Below the pieces are notes generated by a model. It saw nothing but the letters and a program-made list of their open reading frames with translations, did not search any database and was not told where the DNA came from. Positions 10,426 to 21,363 of a stretch of DNA of 43,416 nucleotides are shown in pieces; position 1 is the first letter of the stretch, and every line of letters starts with the position of its first letter. The stretch is from Dimorphilus gyrociliatus (Eukaryota > Animalia > Annelida): contig CAJFCJ010000125.1 in NCBI GenBank assembly GCA_904063045.1, forward strand, positions 1-43,416, given 5' to 3'. A program made the position numbers and the translations under genes.

Positions 10426-13350
10426 CTTAATTGTTCACAGAATTTGCAATTCTTTATATGGTCTTTAATTGTTTTCTTAAGTTGTGGATGCCAGAAAGCT
10501 GTTCCAAAGTATGAATTGTTATGTCTACACCATAGTGTTCAATATTTGATGTGATGTATTTGGTTCAGTAGGTTTGTTAAGTAGTAGTGGAATTACCAGT
10601 AATGGTTGACAACCATTCAGATACCATACTAAATCATCTTGACAAACATATGTTCAATAAAATTTTTGTATTCCTTGAACATTTCAACATCAATATTTGC
10701 TCCTTCCAATTTTCTACAATTTTCATTAGCGTGTCATCCAAAACTTGTTCAGTGTAGAAGTTTATCTCAACAGGTTTATTTTTTAATTTCATGACCTGTA
10801 ATTTTTTGTCATCTGCTTCTTCATCATAACCATCATTATTGTCTAAAATGTCATCCAAACAATCAGCTAAGTCTTCTAAATCTTCTGTATCAATATAAAA
10901 GCATTTAAGCATATCCTTTCTTTCTGCTAATTGTGGAATTGTATTGCCATTTTGTTTTTCTTCATTTAGTCTTTCCTTTAGTAAATTTCGGAAATCAATA
11001 ACTTCATCAGTTTCTCCAATTCTGGATATCCAGTCTGCTCTGTTGGTTCTTCCAGGTATGTAAATTATTTCAAAGTCCATATCCATAAGTACCATAACCC
11101 ATTTAACAGTACTTGAATTTAATTTGTTTTATACAAATGTTTGTACCAAATTTTGGTGATCAGTGTAAAGAAAAAATTTCTTATACTGCAAGTAATGGGA
11201 GAATTTTTGTACTGCCCAATAGACTGCAAAAGCTTCTTTTTGATAAGCTGCATACCTTAGTTGTGTATTGATTAGGAGTTTTGAAGCAAAAGAAATTGGT
11301 TTTCTTATTTTCTTTCCATCTTCTTCCCATTCTTGTTCTAAAACTGCACCAACTGCATAATTGGAGGCATCTGTTGTTAGATAGAATGGTTTACTAAAAT
11401 CAGGTAGTTGAAGTATTGGTGGTTCTGTCATTGATTTCTTTAGTGTCTGATACGCTTTCTCTGCTTCTGTAGTCCATTTTAGTCTTTCAGTCTTCTGATG
11501 TAGTTTTAATAATTCTCTCAATGGTTTTGTAATTTTTGCAAAGTCCTTGATAAATCTTCTATAATAACCACAAAATGCCACAAAACTTAGTAAAGTATTT
11601 GCAAACATTGGTAATTCAGCATCTTTTATCTTTTGAATCTTTTCTGGATCAGTTTCAATACCATTCTGTGTAATTCTATGACCAAGAAATTGTACTGATT
11701 CTTGTAGAAATGCACATTTGCTTAACTTGATTCTGAAGTCCTTTTCTTTGATTTTCCATCAGTTTCTGTAGACTTGTGTAGTGTTCCTCCAATGTTTGGT
11801 AAAAACAATAATATCATCCATATAGTTAATACAGAAATTTTCCAATCCATTTATGACAAAATTTGCCATAAGATATAGGCGAAGTGTGAGGGTGCATTTG
11901 CTAAACCAAGGCATTCGATTAAATTCAAATAGACAATGGTGTTATGAAAGCAGTTTTTTCTTTGTCTTCTTCCTTGATAGGGATGTGGTGAAATGCACTT
12001 GTCAATCCAAGATGGAAAAGTATTTATGTCCTCCTCCAAGTTTGTCAAATAAACTTCTTGGTGGGGATTGGATAACAATTCTTTTTGAATGCTTGTTAAG
12101 TTTTCTGTAATCTACACACTTCTTAATGTTCCTTCTTTCTTTTCACAAAACAATTGGTGAAGCCCATTGGCTTTTGCTTGCTCTAATCAAACCATTTGCT
12201 AATACCATTATTGTTCCTACATTCCTGTTGTTTGTTGGGTGGTAATCTATGGTCTTTGTTTAAAAGGTTTCACATCTTCCAAAATTCAATTGCCATTGGT
12301 GGAACATCTGTGAGCCAATGTCATTTTGATTTGTAGCAATAATGTCTTCATAATTCTTGATGATTTCTTTCAATTCTTCCCTGATTTTGTCAGGATTATT
12401 TTTGGAAACATGTAAATAGTTGTCAATTTCTACTGTAGTTGAATTAATGTGGTGTATATTTTGATTAGACATATGTTCAAACTCAACACTTTCTTCTATC
12501 TCAGGAGTTGCTGGAGTTTTCATTTGTTCTTTTTCAACTTTGATAGTTATCTATCCTTAATTCTATGTATTGTGTTTTCATTTCCATTTCTGTAATTAAT
12601 TCTTCAGATTCAGTTTCAGTTTCTTCAGCAGATGAGTTAACGATAATAACTGAGTCATTGTCTGAATCTGTTGTGTTGCCATTTTCTTCTTCAGATGACT
12701 TTATACCATTAACAATATCCAAATCTGAGTCTGAGTTATGCTCTGGTTCATTACTCATCTCTGTATCATAATTTTCAGAAGAACTCAAAGTTTCATTTGA
12801 GCCATAAGTATTACTTGTATCATATCCAGTATCTGGCTCAGTAATATCCATATCTGAATCCACACTATCTGACACTCAGATGGGTCATCATGTTCATGAG
12901 CATATTGTCCAATCATTCCACAGTTAGTTTGTTAGGTTTCCTTGGTTTCTTTTGTGTTTGATCCTTTGTCTTTTTTGTAGAAAAGTTTTAACAGGTTCTC
13001 CTTTTCTTATAAAGAATGGAGTGAAACTTGTTTAATTGCAAAGTTGATTATTGCTCCAGACTTTCTTAGAAGTCACATCCCAAAATTATTGCCATATCCA
13101 ATTTTTCCATTATAAAGAATTCTTGTTCCATTATTCTTCCAGCAAATTGTATGTTAAGTTTTGCTTTACCTTTAGTTTTCAAAGCATTTCCATCAGCTGA
13201 AGTTATTATTGGTAATGAAGTGGTTTCTTTCTTTACCCATTTTTGTCCAATAATTAATTTCTTTTTCAGTGATAAATGACATGAGTGCTCCGTGTCACAT
13301 AATGCAATCACTTCTCTTCCATTATGATTTTCAACGAAATTGGAAATCAT
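10426..13350 (-). pseudogene. pol: Gypsy pol (protease, RT, RNase H, start of integrase), frameshifted
   Basis: PR ALCDT(G) is broken by a 1-nt frameshift. RT pieces at ~11600-12300; RNase H FYLTTDASNYAVGAVLEQ...YTDHQNL; FEIIYIPGRTNRAD.ISR linker. Confidence 0.9.
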
Positions 13351-13467
13351 CTCTTCCTTTTATTTGAGATGTGCACTTGAAATGTGCACTTTCTCCTCTT
13401 AAGATTAAATATTGCCATTGTACCTTGGAAGTTTCTCTTCCATTAGGTTGATCAGGTTCAGCATGAA

Positions 13468-14523
13468 TTAATCTGTTGAAGTACCTCTCTCATTTCCAGA
13501 TCTTTGGTATTGATGGGTCCTATTTTGAGAAAAAGGTGTAAATTTATGGTTATTATCATTTGCATAACTGTTATTGTTATCAAATCTTTTTTTGAATTGC
13601 TTGAATTCATTTTCATCTTCTCTCCTTGCATTATTAAAGTAAATTTCTGCTCTTTTTGCCAATTTAATATATTGGATTACTGAGCTAATTTTTCCATCTT
13701 TTTCCACATGGTTCACAATTTTTCCTTTTAGACCATTCCTGAATATACTAAGGAGTTGCAGTTCTCTAACTCTCTCAGTAACACATACCATCTCAGTAGG
13801 TTTGAATGGTAGGAATTTCTCTACAAGTTCTTTACTTCTTCTAACAAAACTTTGAACAGTTTCATCATTGAACTGTCTCAATCTATCAATATCTTTTTTA
13901 TAAGCCATAGGATCTGGATTAAATTCTTCATCCAATGCATCCCAAATTTCATTTTCAGTTGCCCTGGAGGGTAAGCTTTCAATTACATCTCTGGCTCTTC
14001 CAGTAGTGTATTTTCTCAACATTCGAATTCTCTTTTCCTCTGTATCCCAAAGGTTTAATTCACAAGCAGTTTGAAAGTTCCTCTTAAAGGCCCAAGTATC
14101 TTTGCTACCAGAAAAAGGTCTTAGCAAAGTAGTATTAGGTTTCTCATTAGCATCAATTAGAAGACTTGCAATTGTCTTTTCCAAAGCATTATCTTGAATG
14201 CCATCATTATTGAATTTTGGTTGAGTAGGATAAGGGTTCTCCATACCTTCAGGAATTATAGCTGCCCCAGTCATCAAATGGTATTTCAAAAAACTATTAC
14301 CATCAACCTTGGCTCCACTACTTTTAATTCTCAACATTAATTCATTTATTTTAGTAAGATACTCATCTATTTCTTTGCCTCTGGTCTTGTCATTTTCAAA
14401 AACCAAAATATCATTCATTGTAGAAGTGTTGTGGGCTGTCGACTGTGCCATATTTGTACTTTGTTGTATTGTAATTGTAGGAAGTCCTAGCTCGTCACTA
14501 TCAAATTCGTCCTCTCCAATCAT
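13468..14523 (-). CDS. gag: Gypsy gag (capsid-like), open 351-aa ORF starting inside the LTR
   Basis: LLRPFSGSKDTWAFKRNFQTACELNLWDTEEKRIRML capsid-like segment; clearly homologous to the ORFs at 28101-29265; no CCHC knuckle seen. Confidence 0.85.
   Translation of the reverse strand: MIGEDEFDSDELGLPTITIQQSTNMAQSTAHNTSTMNDILVFENDKTRGKEIDEYLTKINELMLRIKSSGAKVDGNSFLKYHLMTGAAIIPEGMENPYPTQPKFNNDGIQDNALEKTIASLLIDANEKPNTTLLRPFSGSKDTWAFKRNFQTACELNLWDTEEKRIRMLRKYTTGRARDVIESLPSRATENEIWDALDEEFNPDPMAYKKDIDRLRQFNDETVQSFVRRSKELVEKFLPFKPTEMVCVTERVRELQLLSIFRNGLKGKIVNHVEKDGKISSVIQYIKLAKRAEIYFNNARREDENEFKQFKKRFDNNNSYANDNNHKFTPFSQNRTHQYQRSGNERGTSTD
14436..14450 (-). promoter_or_regulatory. Primer-binding site, tRNA-Ser type
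   Basis: Minus strand TGGCACAGTCGACAG, 4 nt after the LTR end ...AAAGTACA. One mismatch to the PBS at 29249-29264. Confidence 0.75.
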
Positions 14524-14917
14524 TTAGCAATGTGCCAAAGTACTGGTCCAAATAGAACCTTTCAAGTTCGTCCACAAGTAGTCTTAATAAATGTAATTCC
14601 AGTAAAAATTAACCAACAAACACCAGTATTTCATTCAAAGAATATGTATTTGAGTAAATGAGTTTCTAGTTCTAAACAAGCAAGTTTGAACAACCAGCTG
14701 ATGGTTAGAAAACTGAACTGACTACTGTTAAATTCGTAGGGTTTATATACTTTTCCAATAGTTCACAGTTCACAGATAAAAATATTCACACAAACAAATG
14801 TAACAATTTGGATAAAGGGAAAGTTCAAATATACTTCCATGTTTGTTACTTTTTCTTTATCTTGGAGAACTTTTGCTCCCTATTTTAGTAGGTCAGAAAG
14901 TTGCCTAAGATGTAACA
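14455..14917 (-). repeat. 5' LTR of Gypsy family A (outer boundary approximate)
   Basis: Begins TGTTACA (14917) and ends GTACA (14455) before the PBS. TATATAAA at ~14742-14749. Homologous to 24987-25345. Confidence 0.75.
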
Positions 14918-15172
14918 ATTAATAATAGAAGTTGGATTGATTCCAAAACACAAAAATAGGAAAAGGTCAACTTGATGCCGTTTTAATATACAACAAATTA
15001 TTAATAATAATTGTTTGTGTAAGATAATATGTTTCTGTGTAAAGGACTGGTAGGATAAAAGTATTAAACTTAATCATCCAATATAGTATTGTGCATACAA
15101 TACTGTTGAAAAGTGACAATAATCTAAAAGCTCCAAATATAAATAGAATAGTGGAAGATATAATTAATATTC

Positions 15173-15408
15173 ATTAAATATGATGTGTATAATAATTTGG
15201 GTTAACATCTAAGTTGTAAAATACTTTTACAACTTGGTTTAAATAGTGTATGTTGTAGTTTTAGGTGTGTAGAGTACTCTATAATACTCTTTCAATATTG
15301 CTTTCCATTGATGAATGAAATGTAACAATTTGGGTGTATTGTGTGAATTTGTGAGCCTGGTTACGAGCTTATGTGTTTAGTACCTACAAACTGCCTAAAT
15401 GTGTACAA
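15173..15408 (-). repeat. Right arm of the inverted repeat (partner 10180-10415)
   Basis: Direct sequence comparison; about 98% identity by eye. Confidence 0.95.
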
Positions 15409-16349
15409 CAACTTTTCTCATTTGTGCTTCAACTTCATTGGCACTTGTTTTTGGATGTGAATGTTGCCCTTTTTCTAAAAAATGTGATCCTTTTTGTAGA
15501 ACAATGGCTGGCCATTTGTACTTTCCTGTTCTTTTACTACAGCACCAAGTTGTTTGTCTGTCAGATTTCTTCTTCACTGCAAAAGTAAAGCCATTTTTTG
15601 TCAATAGATCTTTGCCTCTTCTTGATCCTTCTTTGATAATTTCAAAGCCTTGCTTTTCTGACTGTTTTGTTGATTGACTGGGTGTCACCTCAAAAGAACT
15701 TTCATCAGAAACATTGATAGAATTTGTGAGATTCTTTGGCTCATAATTGTCATCAGATGATTCTTCAGCATCTATTGAACTTTCATGTGAAAAATCAAAT
15801 GAAAGCTCAAGCTAAAGGTTAAATTTCAAATTTTAAATAATAATAAATTAAATGTTATTCTAAAACACTAACCTCTTGATTATCAAATTGTTGTTTATTT
15901 GAACAGGTATCAGTTGAATTTTCAATTTCAGAGGATTCTATATCAGTTATTTCATTTTGTTCAAAGTCCATTGGAGTTCTTATTTGAAGTTCATTACCAT
16001 TTTCCAGTTCATTGCCATTTTCCAGTTCATTACCATTTTCTAGCTTCTTTTCATTTTTCAATTCAGATTGAACTTGTATTTTTTCTACTACAAGCTGATT
16101 GGCATTTTGTACCATAAAGTGCTTGGACATTTGAGCTAACTGAATCTGGCATGTTGTTGTTTTTATGTTTTTGCAAATATTGCAATAGTGTTGGCCTTTA
16201 TTTTAGAAACTGAGTTATATGAATTAGTGGATACAATAATACAGACCTTTGAAGCAGTCCTCATGAAAAACATGTTTACATAAACAACATGTCTTATTCA
16301 TTTGGTTTGAAAAAATCATTTGTTTGCAGTATAAGCATTTGGAAGCCAT
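15395..16349 (-). pseudogene. Mutator-like (MULE) transposase N-terminus: PHD-like finger + acidic linker + FLYWCH, truncated at the inverted repeat
   Basis: Exons 16349-16247, 16195-15873 and 15811-15395 with 51- and 61-nt introns, in frame. CLYC..CCLC..HEDC..CNIC (C4HC3); SRRGKDLLTKNGFTF..WCC..R..WPA.V..GQHSH (FLYWCH, one Cys changed to Trp). No DDE domain follows. Confidence 0.75.
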
Positions 16350-16639
16350 TTGTTGGATAGAAATGTATCAAAATTCCCTTTTAATTTTTTAAATGAAGAA
16401 TATATCTATGCTGATTATGTAGACAAACAAAAAACATGAAAAAATTCAATATTTACCAACAATTTCAACAAAATGTTGTCAAAATCAGTATTATAACATT
16501 TTACTTTTATATAAAATATACAATATAATATTAACAATTTAATTAATCACAAAAAATCAACAATAAATACTAAAGTGACTTACCTCAAATTGAGTGATAT
16601 TTAAAAAGGAAGTAAATTTTACTTTTTTTTTTTAGTTTT

Positions 16640-17075
16640 CTAAAGACTAGCCGAAATAATAATTTTATGTCGGTTTATATGGTGAACTCTTATAGAATGT
16701 CTTAGTGAACCTTCACTGCTCCTAATGGTTAATGTTGACTCAGTCAATGCATTGAAAGCTGAACTCAGACCAATAAAGTAAAGGCCAGTGCTGAGTACAT
16801 TCAATTTATCTCCAATCTTCTGAAATCCTCTCAAAGCCATAGTTATGGGTAATGGAACAACACTTTCTATTTCCCACTCTTCGTCACGTGCTCCATAAAA
16901 ATAATGATTAGTGTTGTAGCGAAAGCCAGCCCATGCCGTTTCTCTATTGATACCACCAACCAAACCGGATGTAGAAAAGACTTGTTTAACATAAGGTCTA
17001 TTTAGTGAAGTAAGGAGGTGAAGACTACAACACAAGTCAGATATAGATAGATTATCAATTGATAAGAAGATTATT
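16640..17075 (-). pseudogene. Decayed paralog of the adjacent multi-C1q gene, inverted
   Basis: LNRPYVKQVFST..WAGFRY..YFYGARDEEW..GLYF aligns with LNKPYIQQAFST..WAGFHY..YFFGARDEEW..GLYF of 17471..18589. The upstream part is full of stops and the 3' part is missing. Confidence 0.8.
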
Positions 17076-17470
17076 CTTTTCCATAGAAAAGAGATTGAAA
17101 GATAAGGAGAAAATCAGTCTACAAAAGCTTTTACCAGCAATTTCCACTTTGAGTAACATTGTAAAAGTGTCATCATCAAAGTTTACTACATGACATCTCT
17201 TTTCATAAAACATCACGGAAGATGGTGAAATTGATATAATTATAGTACTCAATTCTATTTCTTAGGAAGATAATGCCTAAGAGATCTCGACCAGAATGTA
17301 TTTCATGTTTGCGATTTGACAAAGAGGAAAATGCCAAAAAGATAACAATATCTGTAATGGAATATCTTCTGAGATAAGAAAACACAGTTAAGTTGTGATG
17401 TAAATATTCTGATCTCCTGGATAAAGATATAAAATGGCAATTGTCTCATTCTATCTAGTCATTCAGTAGA

Positions 17471-18718
17471 ATGAAAATACTTTATTCTTGTATTTTTGTG
17501 GTCTTTTGTTGTTCAACTGCTTCTAGCAATGAAAATATGAATGACCTTGTTCAAGAAAAAGATGTTGTAAAATCGAATAATCCAGCGTTTGTGGTATCAC
17601 TTAGCAACACTGGAAATGTTGGAGAGGGAAGAATGAATTGGGAAAAAGTGTACTTCAACTCTCAACAATTATTCAATCCAGCTGATAATAGTCTTCGTAT
17701 AGCAAAATCTGGAATGTACTTTTTAGCAATGACAGCAACAGTTGTCAAGAATTCAAGGGTGTCTATGCAGCTAAATGGAACTGGTAGAGAGTTGGGAATG
17801 ACTAGACAAAAGTCAGTTAATAACCTCAATACCATTACAAGAGACAGTCTCTTTTTTCAAACACCATTGAACAAGCCATACATCCAACAAGCATTTAGCA
17901 CTGCAAACCTCACTGGAGATAACAATACGTTATGGGCTGGTTTTCATTACGATTCCAGTTTGTATTTCTTTGGTGCTCGCGATGAAGAATGGATTGAAAA
18001 ATCATCATCAATTCCCCTATCCATTATCATGGCTATGAGAGGTTTTCAATTGGAAAATAACAACTTGAAAGTTATTGAATCCGGTTTATACTTTGTTAGC
18101 TTTTCTTCTGGTTTTCTTGCAGCTGATGACACAATTGTCAGCTTCCATATAAATAATGGTAAAGAACAGTATAAAAGCATTAATACGTTCTACATGGGCC
18201 ACCACACAACTCACCATACGAAAAGTTTTCTAACTTTCCTACAAGCTGGAGACAGCGTTGGCTTGACCCTAACTGATGGAACATCCTATGCCGATGCTGA
18301 TTTGCAAATGTATTTAACTATATTCAAGTTGGACAGCGAAAAACCTTATTTTTGCGGATCTAATAATTTCGATATTGATAAATCAGAATTTGTCAGATTT
18401 CGCAATATAAAACTTGATTCTCACAATTCATGGAATAATGTTGAAGGAAAATATGTCGTTCCGCAATCAGGGACCTATTACGTAACGGCTAACTTTCCGT
18501 TCGAAAGTAATAAGAATGAACTGGATATTGAAATAAGAGTTAATGGAGATTTATTGTCAACTTTCTACGCTGGTCAATGGAAGGACTAGGATCCATATTT
18601 AACATCAACTTCAATGTTATTATCCTTGTCTAGAAATGACTTTCTACAAATAAAAATACAGGGAAGTGATGCTAAAGCTAAAAATCAAGGTGTATTGTCA
18701 ATAGTTTACATTGATTAA
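17471..18718 (+). CDS. Secreted protein with three tandem C1q-like domains; in-frame TAG at 18587-18589 within domain 3
   Basis: Signal peptide; three repeats of the F/Y..(P)xSGxY(F/Y) strand pattern. The frame continues after TAG for 42 codons (TSTSMLLSLSRNDFLQIKI...LSIVYID) that complete the C1q fold. Confidence 0.8.
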
Positions 18719-19068
18719 TTATACATTTCATCTTTTCAATCCTAAAATATTTCATCAATCAATTTTAAGCCTATAAATATATTTTAGGAAGGGCAAGATT
18801 GTTAGATTTCTCCTTTTTCTGATTTGTGACTTGACTTTGTTTATACATTGCATACAAGGGTTACTTGTAACCAAACAATTAAATTCAAATTTCCTTTGTT
18901 TTATAATTATGACTTCTCTCCTTCATAAAACATATATAGATATATATTCACTTGAAAGAAAGTGATCAAGAATTTTTCAATTTAAAAAACAAGTGTTTCA
19001 TGACAAAGATAAACAATTATCTCCTAAATGAAGATAATACAGACTTGGAATCTTGAAAACCCTTCACC

Positions 19069-19097
19069 AACCCCAAGACTTAACCCTAACCCTAACC
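19069..19097 (+). repeat. Telomere-like tract with CCCCAAGAC core
   Basis: aaccccaagacttaaccctaaccctaacc. Confidence 0.75.
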
Positions 19098-19429
19098 TTG
19101 ATTTTAAATTTTTCAATATAATCCAATTGAAGTGATAGGGTTGATGTTTGAAATTCAATACAAGTATCTGTATCTTTGTCACGTAGTGGAAAAAGACTTT
19201 GAAAGCATCCACTGTCTTCTATGACCTCTATCTGAGGTAAGATACATACAAGTGGACCTATAATATGTTTTGCATATTCCTTAGAAGTATCCAAATCACT
19301 ATACGACGTTTGAATTAATGGTAATCTGTCATGTAGAACAGAGATTTGGACGTTTTCTCTCAGTTTGTGGATGTTTTCTGTCTCCTAGATTAAACTATCA
19401 AAATCATTTTTTTTCAGTTTTAATTAAAT

Positions 19430-19738
19430 GTACATATAAAAATAAATTACCTTTTATACAAATCAGAACCAACAATGATGTTGAAGGATGGCACAGGAGA
19501 ATAAATGAAAAGACTCCTGCAAAAGGATCATTTTGTATTCTCATCGATATTTTAAAACAGGAATCAAGTCTTATTGCAGTTGTAGAAAAACTTTTATCAG
19601 AAAAAAGGCTAAAGAAGTATCAGAAGAAAAGCGCGATTAAGATGTTTTTTCTCACCTTTGGAACGTTTTTCCCAATTCTTAGGATATTTTCTCCACTTTG
19701 AGACGTTTTTTTCCCAAGGACATTTTTTCCCACACTCC
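19430..19738 (+). mobile_element. MULE transposase C-terminal fragment plus subterminal repeats
   Basis: RTNNDVEGWHRRIN, a typical animal MULE motif, followed by five ~20-bp GGAC(A/G)TTTTTTCCC-like repeats (19640-19738). Confidence 0.7.
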
Positions 19739-21363
19739 ACAGATGATTTTGTATAGCCAAGAATAAGAGGATTAATTGTTGAATTTGACAGAAGAGATGC
19801 TGTAAGCATAGAGATAGAAAACCTATAAAATGATGATACTGCAATAATTAAAAAAAACTGGTTGTGTTGGGGAAAGACAATTGCGTGAGTTTTCATGTTT
19901 ATCAGAAAGATAGAAGAAGAATAGAATGTACTTATGGAATATCTAACATTGGTAAAAGTCAATGCAGTTAAACTAAAATTCTTTAATTTCTGAATGTAGA
20001 TAAAATTCAAGATGGCTGATTTTGTCAAAAGTTCTTTTTTTTTATGGACAAAAAAACTTGTAATTTTCTTTTTCTTTACACAATACAAAATCTGTATCAT
20101 AGGCAAAAAAATTCAGGATTATGCTCTTCAATATTTTCTCTGTATATTTAAAATTTTGAATAATTAGCCAAAGCTTCTATTGTCAGATAGAGAATCTTAC
20201 CAATTAAAGTTACACAATTAGTAGTTTTTGAGTCAACTAGTTCAAACTGTTGAAATATGCATTTCAGTTTGTTAATAGCATATTGTAATTTCACTCCAGA
20301 AGCTTCAACATCACCAAGTAAAATTGTCTTTAAAGGTGGATTGTATGATTTTACAGAGAAAATTCCACTAAAGTAAATCTAAGTGTGGGGGGTATTGTAT
20401 AACATCATGCATTTATATTTATAATAGATTGGAAAGTTCTATCTGAATGTGATAGAATGAACTGCAATGAGTCAAAAAGAATCTTATTATATTCATCAAA
20501 GGACAAAGAAATTTGCAAAGATTGGAAGATACTTTCAAAAGTTCAAAAACACCTGCATATTAAATGCAATTTTACTGAGAACAATTCTCTTCAAAGGTGT
20601 ATATAGAAAAAAAATCCCCTAACCATGTTATAACTTGTAAACACAATAGTTTGGTCAATGAAGACAATTTGTGTGTATAACAATAAAGTATGTCAATTTT
20701 TAAAATATGTTATAAATGCATTTGACTGTTTGAAAGAATTTCTGTCTGAACCAATAAATATTCTTTGAACAAAATACTCAACTCAATATTTCGTGTACTA
20801 ATTATTTACTCATTGATATACTCGAATTTCATCAATAATTACTCTTGCAAAAAGGGGACGACTTTTCCCAGGGATGAGTTTTTCCACTCCCTGACTAGTC
20901 GCATCTTCAATTAATTTCAAACATCTGTATTTAAAATCATATAATTTTGACATTTTTTGAATGAATGGAATGATGACATTGTTTTGATTGCCAAAAAGAT
21001 AGAAATCTAATGCATAAATTCATAGGTGGAAACAATTCAAAAGTGATTATGACACCAAATCACAGACACCTAGCCAACTGGGAGAACATTTCCTGAAAAT
21101 ATATTAAAGAATTTAAATGACAGTGAAAAATGGTAAGTAAATATTAATTAATGTAAATATTGTTTTTTTTCCATTTATGCCGTGTTTTAGTAACACCCAT
21201 TTGTAAAAAAATTCTGATTTAATCACAACAAAAGAATATATGAGTTTTAATTAAATAAAATAAATAAATATATTTTTTTAAAATTATATCAAATCATAAA
21301 ACAAAAAAAAAATCTTTAGAAAACCAAATTTACAAAGGAAAATAAATATCATACACTTTCAAA

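Larger units (their letters stand above)
10426..14917 (-). mobile_element. Ty3/Gypsy LTR retrotransposon (family A), decayed; integrase cut by the gap
   Basis: Order on the minus strand: LTR - PBS - gag - PR - acidic linker - RT - RNase H - integrase Zn-finger (HYG...FWHPQLKK.IK..IKNCKFC at ~10430-10560). This is the Gypsy domain order. Confidence 0.93.

Noticed and set aside
19024-19294. Possible MULE DDE-region fragment (GCF..FHY) on the minus strand
   Set aside because: Requires a frameshift and only 5-6 residues match.
19850-20830. Coding-like stretches on the minus strand with a GT-AG pair
   Set aside because: Splice phases did not give a consistent frame and no domain was recognised.
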